In this document: piece by piece, positions 17,355 to 27,507 of the stretch | How positions within the stretch are numbered: the first letter of the stretch is position 1 | How the letters are laid out: each line of letters starts with the position of its first letter | NCBI GenBank assembly: GCA_017860455.1 | Contig: JAGDMF010000006.1 | Span: 87,028-151,027 of the forward strand | DNA from: Bacteroidota bacterium | Lineage (GTDB): Bacteria; Bacteroidota; Bacteroidia; Bacteroidales; WCHB1-69 | Reading direction: 5' to 3' | DNA: 64,000 nucleotides | Notes under the pieces: model-generated | What the model was told of the DNA's origin: nothing | Database searches by the model: none | Seen by the model: the letters and a program-made list of their open reading frames with translations, nothing else | Translations under genes and position numbers: made by a program

Positions 17355-17379
17355 ATTCTTTTCATTAAATTTTAGCCTG

Positions 17380-17387
17380 CAAAAATA
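17380..17387 (-). promoter_or_regulatory. Bacteroidota -7 promoter box
   Basis: Plus strand reads CAAAAATA, ~26 nt upstream of the ATG at 17354. It is preceded (in gene orientation) by GCTTATTA words. Confidence 0.5.
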
Positions 17388-17460
17388 CAAAATAATAAGC
17401 TAATAAGCGAATGTGAAAATAAGCTAATTTTTATTTAACTTTTGGTGTGATTTTTTGGTT

Positions 17461-17468
17461 TATTTTTG
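17461..17468 (+). promoter_or_regulatory. Bacteroidota -7 promoter box
   Basis: TATTTTTG lies 22 nt upstream of the czcD-like ATG. Confidence 0.5.
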
Positions 17469-17489
17469 CATAGTTAAATTGATACAGAA

Positions 17490-18410
17490 ATGGAACATAA
17501 TCATACTCATGCTCACGAAGGGCACCACCATCATACAGATATTCATGGGAAGAATCTCTTTTGGGTTACTTTATTGAATGTCATTATTACAGTAACAGAA
17601 ATCGTGGGCGGATTGATTTCCGGAAGTCTTGCATTGTTATCGGATGCGATTCATAATTTAGGGGATACATTAGCACTGATTTTTGCTTTTATGGCCAATA
17701 AAATGAGTCATAAGGAAGCGGATATGAAACGTACTTTTGGATACAAAAGAGTGGAGATTTTGACGGCTCTTTTTAATGCCCTTATTTTAATTGCGATTTG
17801 TTTGTTTTTATTTAAAGAAGCTTATGATCGGTTTTTTAATCCTGAACCCATCAAAGGGTTATTGATGCTGGTTGTAGCGGTAATTGGATTATTGGCTAAC
17901 GGATTTTCAGTATTGATTTTGCAAAAAGATAAGGACAAAAACATCAATATCAGAGCAGCCTATTTACATTTATTAGGGGATACATTATCTTCCGTTGCAG
18001 TAATTATTGGCGGTTTAGCGATCTGGTTATTTGATATTGTATGGATAGATCCTTTGATCACCATTATTGTAGGGGTTTACATCATATATCATGCCTGGGA
18101 GATTTTGAAACAATCCACTGCAATATTAATGCAATCGGCACCCTCCAATATTAATATTCAGGAAATTGTAGAGGATATTGAAAAAATCAATGAAATTAAA
18201 GACATCCATCACATTCATCTATGGCAGCTTAATGAGGAGCAGCTTCATTTTGAGGCACATATCAATGTACATGATAACATTGACATGATTAAAGTGATGG
18301 AACTGAAAAGGGAGATTGAGCAGATCCTCGAAAGCAAAGGGATAGAACACACCACCTTACAAATGGGATATCAGTGTTGTCAGGGAAAAGAGTTTGTTAT
18401 TGAACAATAA
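17490..18410 (+). CDS. czcD: cation diffusion facilitator family transporter
   Basis: His-rich N-terminus, six TM helices, and HNLGD and HLLGD metal-site motifs. Confidence 0.85.
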   Translation: MEHNHTHAHEGHHHHTDIHGKNLFWVTLLNVIITVTEIVGGLISGSLALLSDAIHNLGDTLALIFAFMANKMSHKEADMKRTFGYKRVEILTALFNALILIAICLFLFKEAYDRFFNPEPIKGLLMLVVAVIGLLANGFSVLILQKDKDKNINIRAAYLHLLGDTLSSVAVIIGGLAIWLFDIVWIDPLITIIVGVYIIYHAWEILKQSTAILMQSAPSNINIQEIVEDIEKINEIKDIHHIHLWQLNEEQLHFEAHINVHDNIDMIKVMELKREIEQILESKGIEHTTLQMGYQCCQGKEFVIEQ

Positions 18411-19806
18411 TTTTTTCTTTGTAGCTTTCCAATCCATTTTCTAGTAAAAGGAAATAGATTCCTTTAGGATATGTAGAAACATCTATTTTAAAATTGGGTT
18501 CCATAATTTTACTTTCAAGAACCAATTTCCCATTCATGTCAAATAATCGATAGCTGTAAGTCTGATAATTATCTTTGTTGATATTAACCGTAACCATGTC
18601 ACTGGAAGGATTAGGGAATAGAGTTACTGAATGAGTTTCCTGGCTGAAATTCTCTACATCAACACTCCCAATATTACAATTAAATGCTGAAGTGGCAACC
18701 AATGTATTATTGCCAAGTTGGCCAATATAATTAGCTCCGGTAGCACAAAGGTTATTTAAAGTAGATCTTATTCCTATAGAATGGTTCCCATATAAGGTTC
18801 CATTATATGCATATCCTTTAGCCCCACTAATGTAGAACCAATCTGTTTCATTGCCAATTTGTACTGGAGAACTTTGAGTTGTTGATACCGGAATTCCTAA
18901 CTGACCAAGTCCATTATACCCCCATCCAAAGAGTTCGTTGTTTTCATTAATAGCAAAACAATAACTTGAACCTGCATTTATATACAACCAATTACTATTC
19001 GTTCCAATTTGAGTTGGACTATTTTGTTGAATAGTATTACCAAGACCCAGTTGTCCATTTCCATTAAAACCCCAACTCCAGATAGTACCGTCATCTTTTC
19101 TTGCTAAAGAAAAAGAAAAACCACCAGAAACTTCAACCCATTTTGAAATTGAATCAATGAGAATAGGATACATACTGTCTTCAGTATATCCACTGCCTAG
19201 TTCACCATTTCCATTAAATCCAAAAGACCATAAAGTACTATCTGATCTAATAGCTAACGTATGAGATGCGCCACACGATATTTGAACATAAGTGTGGGTG
19301 GTATCAACCGGAAGAGGAGTATTGGATTGTGATATTTCACCTAACCCACATTGACCATTCCCATTTAATCCCCAACCCCACATTTTTCCATCCAGTGTAA
19401 GAGCTAATGTATGAGTCAATCCACAAGAAACCGATTTCCAAACTTGATTAGAAGAAATTTGAACCGGTTCATTTCTTTGAATTAAATCACCTAACCCCAA
19501 TTGTCCATTTCCATTTAAACCCCAACTCCATAGGGTTCCATCATTTTTTAAAGCAATAACATGGAAAGATCCTACTTCAAAACTACTCCAATCATTTTGT
19601 TCTCCAATTTGAATAGGTTTTTAATAATTTACGGTATTCCCAGTACCCAGTTGACCGTTCATATTGCTTCCCCAAGACCAAAGGGTTCCATCAGATTTTA
19701 AAGCGACACTAAACTCTGTCCCTGTTCCACATTTTACCCAATCATTTTGAGCAGAAAGAATCATAAAAACTGATAAGCAAAAGAATAAGATTGTAATTTT
19801 TTTCAT
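18397..19806 (-). pseudogene. RCC1-repeat T9SS-sorted protein interrupted by one in-frame TAA (19621-19623)
   Basis: A signal-peptide ORF (19621..19806) and an RCC1-repeat/T9SS CTD ORF (18397..19500) are in the same frame. The intervening 120 nt translate as more RCC1 repeat (KPIQIGEQNDWSSFEVGSFHVIALKNDGTLWSWGLNGNGQ). Confidence 0.7.
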
Positions 19807-19914
19807 ACGTTTTGATTACATTTATTTACACTATGACTTCTTACATTGAAAGATTCATTCATTTCAACGAGGGTTCAAAAATAGATATTTTTTTTTAAAT
19901 AAAGCAAATTTATT

Positions 19915-20826
19915 TTATGGATTCCACTTTTTCCATCGGCAAACATTCCGGAAACCGGTATAGTTATTAGGTAAATCACAGAAAACGGTATCTTTTTCCA
20001 TAATAGATTGATAGGTATCCTTCCAGCTCCCTCCGGCGATATAGTAATCGTTATCCAACCATTCTGCAACATTTCCTCTGATATGAAATAATAGAGGCCT
20101 CCAAGATTGTAAATTCAAATTATAAATCATGGGAACATAAAAAGTATCATTTTGGCAAGGATTTATATCACACCAGACATGTGGATGTTTCAATTGAAAA
20201 TCAGAATAAGATTTTATATCAAAATATCTGTAATTTTTTTGATATAAGGAGTCAGAAACTTTCAAAATCACTTTTCGATCTTCAATAGTGGGAAGTGAAT
20301 AACATGGATAATACGCTAATTTTCCACCAATAACTAATGAATCTAACGCTCCATTATAATATCTTTCAATTGTAAAGCAATCATCAGGTGTTTGATTAGG
20401 ATTATATCTTAGTTTTCCCAATTCTATTAAAAGATGTTCGAAAACCCGATCTGATCTCCATTTGGAATATTGCCTGGCTTGTTCTTGTGATATTCCAATT
20501 ACTGGTAACTCTTTCAATGCCGGATATCTCCAAAATTCAGGAAAAAAATTGATGTAACACGGACCAAAATCAGCAGAATTAAACGAAATAGGAATGCATC
20601 GTTTGCATTCCGGAGAATCTTCACCATAGACATTTATTATCCAATTCGCGTATTCCAGCCAATCTATATTTGAAATTTTATTATAATCACAAAAAAGAGT
20701 GTCATTAATTGGTATAGTTCCGGGTAATGAATATGTTTGGGTGTAGTTATCTTCTTTCAGAGGATGAAAAAATGAACAACTAAAAAATAGTATCAATGTT
20801 AAAAAAAAGATAATCAATTTTTTCAT
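19915..20826 (-). CDS. SUMF1/FGE-sulfatase-domain lipoprotein
   Basis: MKKLIIFF...FFSC signal, then RGNVAEWLDN...GGSW near the C-terminus. The start was moved to the ATG at 20826. Confidence 0.65.
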   Translation of the reverse strand: MKKLIIFFLTLILFFSCSFFHPLKEDNYTQTYSLPGTIPINDTLFCDYNKISNIDWLEYANWIINVYGEDSPECKRCIPISFNSADFGPCYINFFPEFWRYPALKELPVIGISQEQARQYSKWRSDRVFEHLLIELGKLRYNPNQTPDDCFTIERYYNGALDSLVIGGKLAYYPCYSLPTIEDRKVILKVSDSLYQKNYRYFDIKSYSDFQLKHPHVWCDINPCQNDTFYVPMIYNLNLQSWRPLLFHIRGNVAEWLDNDYYIAGGSWKDTYQSIMEKDTVFCDLPNNYTGFRNVCRWKKWNP

Positions 20827-20836
20827 TATAAGGTTC

Positions 20837-21310
20837 TTATTTGGATTCCACTGAAATCCCATTGATCTGGGCATACTCGGTGATCCCCTCTTTGATCTCC
20901 TGAATTAATGCATATTCAAATCCGGTTAAATACATTTTTACAATTTGATCATCTTTTAAATAAAAATCATTAAATTTGGCTTGTAATTCAATTTTCAGGA
21001 TCTGATCAGCCTTTAAAATGACCTCTTTATCATAATTAGAGGTTTTGAATCTGATCTCATCCTCATCAAAAATGAGATATGTCTTTTTTCCAAATAGGTC
21101 TGATACATTTTTACCTAACCCTACTAAAATGTAGATCACTCCCTGAGCAAAGAACAGAAACATAAAAATCCATTGAATAGAACCAATTTCACCATGCTTG
21201 ATCTGGGAATAAATGGGCAATCCTACTGCAAACAAAAGTGCAATAACGCCCAAATAAAGTCTCATTTTTGACTTCTTAGTTACCGGTTGTAACGAGATAC
21301 TTTTTTTCAT
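20837..21310 (-). CDS. hypothetical membrane protein
   Basis: 157-aa ORF with two N-terminal TM helices. Confidence 0.5.
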   Translation of the reverse strand: MKKSISLQPVTKKSKMRLYLGVIALLFAVGLPIYSQIKHGEIGSIQWIFMFLFFAQGVIYILVGLGKNVSDLFGKKTYLIFDEDEIRFKTSNYDKEVILKADQILKIELQAKFNDFYLKDDQIVKMYLTGFEYALIQEIKEGITEYAQINGISVESK

Positions 21311-21343
21311 ATTATTTAAAAATTTAATTTAACAACCCATTCT

Positions 21344-21516
21344 GAGCACATCGAGCACATTGAGCACTCGAGCATTTGAGCATTCGAGCAATCGAGCAAT
21401 CTGAGCATTCGAGCATTCGAGCATTCGAGCATTCGAGCATTCGAGCATTCGAGCATTCGAGCAATCTGAGCATTCGAGCATTCGAGCATTCGAGCATTCG
21501 AGCAATCTGAGCATTA
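21344..21516. repeat. ~21-unit tandem octamer array (GAGCATTC with GAGCAATCT variants)
   Basis: Read directly. It starts right after the stop of 21521..24178 and ends ~30 nt before the start of 20837..21310. Confidence 0.95.
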
Positions 21517-21520
21517 CGAA

Positions 21521-24178
21521 TCAAAGTCCCTTCAAGATCATCTCCCCTGCCCCAATCCGGTACCCTTCCGATTTGGAGGTCAGCTGTCCCTTTTCATTGA
21601 TGATCAACAATAAAGGATACTCATCCTTGAACTCCATTTTAGTATCTTTTAGCAGTTTCTTTAAAAATGCAGACTGTTCATCCACAATAAATTGGGATTG
21701 TTTTGGTAATCCCCATTTTTCAAAATGGAAATTACCGGTATTTTTGGAAGATGGGATCACAAACAAAATGGTGCCACCCCAACTTTCAAACTCTTTTCTA
21801 AGTTCTGCAATATCTTTAAATAGATGTCTGGTCGGTTCTCTGGTTGGATCAATAAAACATAGCACCATCTTTTTTTCTCCCATTACAGATTCTAATGTTT
21901 TTCCTTGTAAGGTGCCGAAAAGGGGTTGTTTTAAATCAATGGACCCAAAATTCTGATCTCTTGGCACTAAATCTCTGATGATAATATCTTTTGTCACCGT
22001 TTTTCCCAGTTCAACGGTGAAAAACTCTAATCTGGAAAGTACGACGCCATCTGAATAGCGATTACCGGTTGACAACATATAATAACCGGGGTCTAACGCT
22101 AATGTTGCAGGGAAATCTGCCATTCTGGGATCATTTTCAAAATCATAGGTAACAAACTCCCCATTTTCAAATCTGGCAATGGTAAAATGGATCCAATAAG
22201 TTAGTTTTAATGATTTTTGTTTTTCTGTGGGTTTAAAATTCAATTCAAGTTTACCCTTTTGCATTGATACTGGTTTTTCAGATGCCTCAAATTGTACATC
22301 TTTCCAGGTACCATTTTCATATACATACAATTTTTCAGTTGCTAAATCGAGGTAAGCCGGAATATTCATGGATCGACAAACAGCCACAAAGAAAATATCT
22401 CTGGAAAGGGGATCCGCGATTCTCAATTCAAAAACACCTCTGGGTGAAATGGGACAATTGTAGTAGTTATCCGTTTTATTAACCACTATATTTTTTTTAA
22501 TCCATTGCATAACGGCATCCACATACGTTTGTGCCCCCAATATCTTACTCATCTCCTCTTTCAGGAATGGGCGCCATGGTCTGATCAACTCATTGGCAAT
22601 ACGGGCTGGCATGATCCCTTTGAAATAGGGATCTTCACTTTTGGGAATGAACTCAACATGTTTGATATTTCCTGAAAAAGAGGTATAATGGGTAACATGT
22701 GCTTCCAGAATATCTGCAGGAGTATCTCTCAAATCTTTGTCGGATAAGGATTTCAAAAAGTCATTCAAAAATAGATAATCCTCTTTTTTGGAATGATTAT
22801 TTAAAAATTTAATTATTTCAGCATAATTTCCTTCACTCCTTAGGATGGCATCGGCAATTTGTTCAGGTGTTAAATTTTCGTTGTGAATGGAACGCGTTTC
22901 CTCTTCGGTCATAAAAGTGGCTACATATTTATTTCTAAGAGAATCTTCATAATGCAGCCTTTTGGCATGTTTATCCTTAACTGCCTGTGGAATATCCCTG
23001 ACCACCTTTTTCTCTACCGGTGGAAAAATATCGAAAGTTTCAGTATAAGTTTCACCCTCTTTTCTACTCATGATGAGGGTAATCTCATTTTGTTTTCTTA
23101 CGTCAATTTTTTGATAATTGTATTTTCCATCTTTAGTTGCCCAAATCAACAGATCTCCCATTCCGGTCGTAATCTGAGCTTCCCCTTTTTCATTACTGTT
23201 TTGTTTGGCAATCGGATAATATTCTGCATAATTGTAAAGTCTGAATGTAACAACAGCATCCTGAACAGGTTTCTTATTTTCATCTAAAACGGTTACTTTA
23301 ATTTTTTTGGTTTCAGTATAATGATTCAACATATTAGAAATCGTATAGAGCGGAGTTACCAGATTTTTTTCATCCGGTAAATCATTTTTACCAAAAACAT
23401 TAGTGTGCACCATCATCGTTCGGGTAGCCGGGGTTGAAAACCATCCCATATTCAATTCAGGATCAGGTTCACAAGCGCCCAGATAATACCATTTTCCATC
23501 AATCCAAACCTCAACCCAGGCATGGTTATCATCAGAATGTGCCCATCTGGGTGTATAGCATTGACGAGCAGGTATTCCTACAGCTCTTAGTGCGGTAACT
23601 GTAAATGTAGATTGTTCTCCGCATCTGCCTAAAGCGGTTCTGACAGTAGCCAAAGGAGCAGATGTTCTTCCATCGGCACCTCGATAGGTCACTTTTTCAT
23701 GACACCAATGGTTCACTTCCAAAGCAGCATCATACATAGACAAGTTTTTCACCCGATCCTTTAATTCGTTAAAAAAAACGATTCTTGCAGTATCCAGATT
23801 TTCATTATTCACTCTATACACCAAAACAAAGTGTCTGAAAATATCTTCCGGAATTGTTTTTCCCCAAGGCATCTCCTCTTTCGCTTTGAAAGCATATTGC
23901 ACTTGTTTTAAAAAGAAATTTCCGTCATAATCAGCTAAATCGCTCAATGGCATATAGGCATATAAAAACTGTAATGCTTCTTTTTCATCTGCACTGATAT
24001 TTTGATCAAAAACTGAAAAAAGCTGGGTTGCTCTTCCTTTCGCAAGCTCTTTCCTGGCTAAAAAATCTTTTTCAACTTGCGCTCTGTATTTGGCATCAGA
24101 AATAAAATGAACTGATTTAAATGAGAATAAGATTGTTAAAAGGGAAGCAATACAAATTAAGGAGATAAATTTTTTCAT
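21521..24178 (-). CDS. transglutaminase-like domain protein with C-terminal thioredoxin-like region
   Basis: GRCGEQSTFTVTALRAVGIPARQ...DNHAWVEVWIDGKWYYL provides the Cys/His/Asp core. The start was set at MKKFISL (24178). Confidence 0.8.
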   Translation of the reverse strand: MKKFISLICIASLLTILFSFKSVHFISDAKYRAQVEKDFLARKELAKGRATQLFSVFDQNISADEKEALQFLYAYMPLSDLADYDGNFFLKQVQYAFKAKEEMPWGKTIPEDIFRHFVLVYRVNNENLDTARIVFFNELKDRVKNLSMYDAALEVNHWCHEKVTYRGADGRTSAPLATVRTALGRCGEQSTFTVTALRAVGIPARQCYTPRWAHSDDNHAWVEVWIDGKWYYLGACEPDPELNMGWFSTPATRTMMVHTNVFGKNDLPDEKNLVTPLYTISNMLNHYTETKKIKVTVLDENKKPVQDAVVTFRLYNYAEYYPIAKQNSNEKGEAQITTGMGDLLIWATKDGKYNYQKIDVRKQNEITLIMSRKEGETYTETFDIFPPVEKKVVRDIPQAVKDKHAKRLHYEDSLRNKYVATFMTEEETRSIHNENLTPEQIADAILRSEGNYAEIIKFLNNHSKKEDYLFLNDFLKSLSDKDLRDTPADILEAHVTHYTSFSGNIKHVEFIPKSEDPYFKGIMPARIANELIRPWRPFLKEEMSKILGAQTYVDAVMQWIKKNIVVNKTDNYYNCPISPRGVFELRIADPLSRDIFFVAVCRSMNIPAYLDLATEKLYVYENGTWKDVQFEASEKPVSMQKGKLELNFKPTEKQKSLKLTYWIHFTIARFENGEFVTYDFENDPRMADFPATLALDPGYYMLSTGNRYSDGVVLSRLEFFTVELGKTVTKDIIIRDLVPRDQNFGSIDLKQPLFGTLQGKTLESVMGEKKMVLCFIDPTREPTRHLFKDIAELRKEFESWGGTILFVIPSSKNTGNFHFEKWGLPKQSQFIVDEQSAFLKKLLKDTKMEFKDEYPLLLIINEKGQLTSKSEGYRIGAGEMILKGL

Positions 24179-24214
24179 AGGGTATATTTTTTTTAGACTA
24201 CGGACAACGGACAA

Positions 24215-24258
24215 TTATTCATTATTCATTATTGATTATTCATTATTCATTATTGATT
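24215..24258. repeat. TTCATTAT/TTGATTAT word array
   Basis: Tandem 8-mers read directly. Confidence 0.8.
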
Positions 24259-24260
24259 TC

Positions 24261-24290
24261 AATAGACCCGAGCTAAAGCTCGGGTCTATT
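24261..24290. terminator. perfect 13-bp palindromic hairpin, candidate terminator after the DUF2156 gene
   Basis: AATAGACCCGAGC-taaa-GCTCGGGTCTATT. The T-tract is weak on the minus strand. Confidence 0.5.
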
Positions 24291-24310
24291 GATTTTTCAT
24301 TCTTCATTTT

Positions 24311-25225
24311 TCATTTTTCATTATATATTGTTAAATGGAAAACTTCATTCATATAATCAGGATGGTACGATTGTTTTGCTTTTCGCAAACCTTCCACTCC
24401 CCCATCTTCAGCACGATTGATATATTGGTATCCGGTTGCGATCTCCTGAGCAAACAGTTTATTGATCATGGTATAGGCGCCTCTTACATTTCGATCCGCT
24501 TTTTCAAACAGCACCAGCCAGGTATCGTCATTCAGTAAAGCGCCAATAGAAAAAGCAACAATCTCCTGATCCACTTTCAAAAGAACTCCGGATAATTGCA
24601 GTTCTGAAAAATATTGAAATGCTTCTTGTAATGCTTCATTTTCCATATTTAGTCTGGAAGTGGCATAAATCTTTTTTTCAGAGTCCCATTTAGAACTAAA
24701 ATATTGAATATCCGGAATATGGTTTTTTGTAATTTTTTCAAAACTCCAGGAATAATTTTTCTCAAAATAGTGAATGTGGTTTCTTTTTGCTTTTAATGAA
24801 TGTCCGTTCAACGTAGCGAGTGCATCGGTCAGATAGATATACTCAAACTCCTCTCGAGAGGGATAAAAAATATAGGAGTATCCTTCCGTTTTTAACAATT
24901 CAGCCCATTCCAGAAGGCGTTCACCATTGACGGCACAAAACTGGAAAAAACGGAGTTTATTCTGATTAGAAAAGGCATACTTTTTGATCTCTTCAAAAAC
25001 TTCAAAATAATCCCCTTCTCCGACCGGAAACAAAAAATAATCTTTATTTTGAATTTGAATTTTGGAAATGATAAAATCTTTATAAACAGCATAACTGAAA
25101 CCGATCACATTTCGATACAAAAACTGCACCACAAAACTATAGTTTAAAAGATTGCAATTCAGAGAGTTGAGTTTATCACCAAGTTTATTTTGATCTTCAA
25201 GTGTAACAGATTTAAAATGGAGCAT
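24311..25225 (-). CDS. DUF2156 (lysyl-phosphatidylglycerol synthase C-terminal-like) protein
   Basis: 304-aa ORF with LKAKRNHINYF-type and INRAEDGGVEGLRKAKQSY motifs. Confidence 0.65.
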   Translation of the reverse strand: MLHFKSVTLEDQNKLGDKLNSLNCNLLNYSFVVQFLYRNVIGFSYAVYKDFIISKIQIQNKDYFLFPVGEGDYFEVFEEIKKYAFSNQNKLRFFQFCAVNGERLLEWAELLKTEGYSYIFYPSREEFEYIYLTDALATLNGHSLKAKRNHIHYFEKNYSWSFEKITKNHIPDIQYFSSKWDSEKKIYATSRLNMENEALQEAFQYFSELQLSGVLLKVDQEIVAFSIGALLNDDTWLVLFEKADRNVRGAYTMINKLFAQEIATGYQYINRAEDGGVEGLRKAKQSYHPDYMNEVFHLTIYNEK

Positions 25226-25323
25226 ACCTACTAAATTGTAAAAAGAAAAATGCGGTACAAAAGTATGAAAAAAACGCCTCTATTTTTTTTAATATAACAA
25301 CATTCCGATTCAAAAATTCGTGT

Positions 25324-25331
25324 ATTTTTGC
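25324..25331 (+). promoter_or_regulatory. Bacteroidota -7 promoter box
   Basis: TATTTTTG upstream of the pepO-like gene. Confidence 0.45.
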
Positions 25332-25394
25332 ATCTTCTAAAAAATTGAGGTTTTAAGTTATATTTTATTAATAACCAAACAATTAACAAAAAAA

Positions 25395-27452
25395 ATGAAA
25401 AACTATTTTAAATTAATCATGATGGGTACTATTATTTTATTTGCATCATGTAAGGAAACCAAACAAGTAACCGTAAAAGAATTGACTTCTGGAATATCCA
25501 AAGCCAATATGGATACAAAGGCTAATCCTGTAAACGATTTTTATCGCTACGCTACCGGTGGCTGGATGGACAAACATCCATTAACTGCTGAATATTCCCG
25601 TTTTGGAACTTTTGACCAATTGGCCGAAAACAACAAAATTCAATTAAAAAGTTTGATTACTGATATTGCAAAAGGGAAACATCAACAAGGGAGTATTAAA
25701 CAAAAAATTGCTGATTTATACAATATGGGTATGGACACTGTAACGATTGAAAAACAGGGTTCCGCTCCAATTCAACCTGAGTTAAATAAGATTGCTCAGT
25801 TAAAAAACATTAAAGATCTTCCATTTATTTTAGGAGAGATGCATCTATCCGGAAATTCTCCATTCTTTGGAATTTTTGGAGAAGCTGATCCAAAAAACAG
25901 TGCTATGAATATTGCCTGGATCTGGCAAACCGGTTTAGGAATTGGGGATAGAGACTACTATTTAGAAAAAGGAATGCAGGATATCAGAAATGAATATATT
26001 ACTTTGTTAACTACAATGTTCAAAATTTCCGGATATTCTAAGATCGTTGGTATGGAAGGAAAAGAGGAACAATTAGCAAAAGATGTTTTAAAACTGGAAA
26101 CAGAAATGGCTAGAGTTTTTGCCCCAAAAGAAGTATTGAGAGATCCTAATGCAACTTACAATATGAAAACTATTGAAGAGTTTCAAAAGTTGTTCCCAAA
26201 CTTTGATGTAAAAGCATACTTAAATACGATTCATCTAGGAACTTTGACTTCTGTTAATGTAGGTCAGGTTGATTATATCAAAGGATTAAACAAAATTTTA
26301 GGTAAAACCGATATTAAAACGATACAAGCATATTTGGCTTGGAATGTGATTAATAGTGCTGCACCTTATTTAAGTAGTGATTTTGTAAAAGCTGATTTCC
26401 ACTTCTATAACAAAGTATTATCCGGAAAAGAAGCAGATAAACCAAGATGGAAAAAAGTGATTGAGACTGTTGATGGTTCATTAGGTGAAGCAGTTGGACA
26501 AATGTATGTTGAAAAACATTTTCCTGCTGAAGCTAAAGTAAGAATGGAAAAATTAGTAGCCAATTTGAAAGTAGCGATGGAGCTTCGTTTTAAAGAACTT
26601 ACATGGATGTCAGATTCAACAAAAGTGAAAGCTATTGACAAACTACATGCCATTGTTGTAAAAGTGGGTTATCCTGACAAATGGAGAGATTATTCTGCCT
26701 TAGAGATCAAAAATGATAGTTATTATGCCAACATTTTAAGATCCAGAATTTTTGAAAACAACTATCAATTAAGCAAAATCGGAAAACCGGTAGATCCAAC
26801 TTTATGGGGAATGACTCCACAAACCGTTAATGCATACTACAATCCATCAACCAACGAGATCTGTTTCCCTGCAGGAATCCTACAACCTCCATTTTTTGAT
26901 ATGAATGCTGATGATGCTGTAAATTATGGTGCTATTGGAGTTGTTATCGGACATGAAATGACTCATGGTTTTGATGATGCCGGAAGATATTATGACAAAA
27001 AAGGTAATTTAACAGACTGGTGGAGTGAAGCAGATAGCAAAAATTTTGCTGAACGTTCTAAGATTTTGGTTGACTTTTACAATAACATTACTGTTCTTCC
27101 TAATGTTCAAGCCAATGGTGTGTTTACATTAGGTGAAAATATTGCAGATAATGGTGGTTTGAATATCTCTTTTGTGGCTTTACAAAAAGCTATTCAAGAT
27201 TCTACTGTACAACAAGTTGCGATGGATGGTTTTACTCCTGAACAAAGATTTTTCATAGCTTATGCTATGGTTTGGGGTGGAAATATCCGTGATGCAGAAA
27301 TGTTACGTCGCACCAAAGAGGATCCACATTCATTAGGTAAATGGAGAGTAAATGGAGCACTTCCTCATATCACCCCATTTATTGAAGCATTTAAAGTAAA
27401 AGAGGGTGACGCCATGTGGTTAGCACCTGAAAAAAGAGCACAAATCTGGTAA
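25395..27452 (+). CDS. pepO: M13 family metalloendopeptidase (PepO-like)
   Basis: 685-aa ORF with VIGHEMTHGFDD (HExxH), GENIADNGG and a lipoprotein signal. Confidence 0.9.
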   Translation: MKNYFKLIMMGTIILFASCKETKQVTVKELTSGISKANMDTKANPVNDFYRYATGGWMDKHPLTAEYSRFGTFDQLAENNKIQLKSLITDIAKGKHQQGSIKQKIADLYNMGMDTVTIEKQGSAPIQPELNKIAQLKNIKDLPFILGEMHLSGNSPFFGIFGEADPKNSAMNIAWIWQTGLGIGDRDYYLEKGMQDIRNEYITLLTTMFKISGYSKIVGMEGKEEQLAKDVLKLETEMARVFAPKEVLRDPNATYNMKTIEEFQKLFPNFDVKAYLNTIHLGTLTSVNVGQVDYIKGLNKILGKTDIKTIQAYLAWNVINSAAPYLSSDFVKADFHFYNKVLSGKEADKPRWKKVIETVDGSLGEAVGQMYVEKHFPAEAKVRMEKLVANLKVAMELRFKELTWMSDSTKVKAIDKLHAIVVKVGYPDKWRDYSALEIKNDSYYANILRSRIFENNYQLSKIGKPVDPTLWGMTPQTVNAYYNPSTNEICFPAGILQPPFFDMNADDAVNYGAIGVVIGHEMTHGFDDAGRYYDKKGNLTDWWSEADSKNFAERSKILVDFYNNITVLPNVQANGVFTLGENIADNGGLNISFVALQKAIQDSTVQQVAMDGFTPEQRFFIAYAMVWGGNIRDAEMLRRTKEDPHSLGKWRVNGALPHITPFIEAFKVKEGDAMWLAPEKRAQIW

Positions 27453-27507
27453 ATCTAAAATTTAAAACAAATATTATCGTTTAAAAAACTAAAAAGAGAA
27501 ACTTTTT

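Noticed and set aside
21324-21524. ORFs 21324..21524 and 21329..21514 (ARMLECSN-type peptides)
   Set aside because: They are simply translations of the GAGCATTC octamer array in two frames and carry no independent coding signal.
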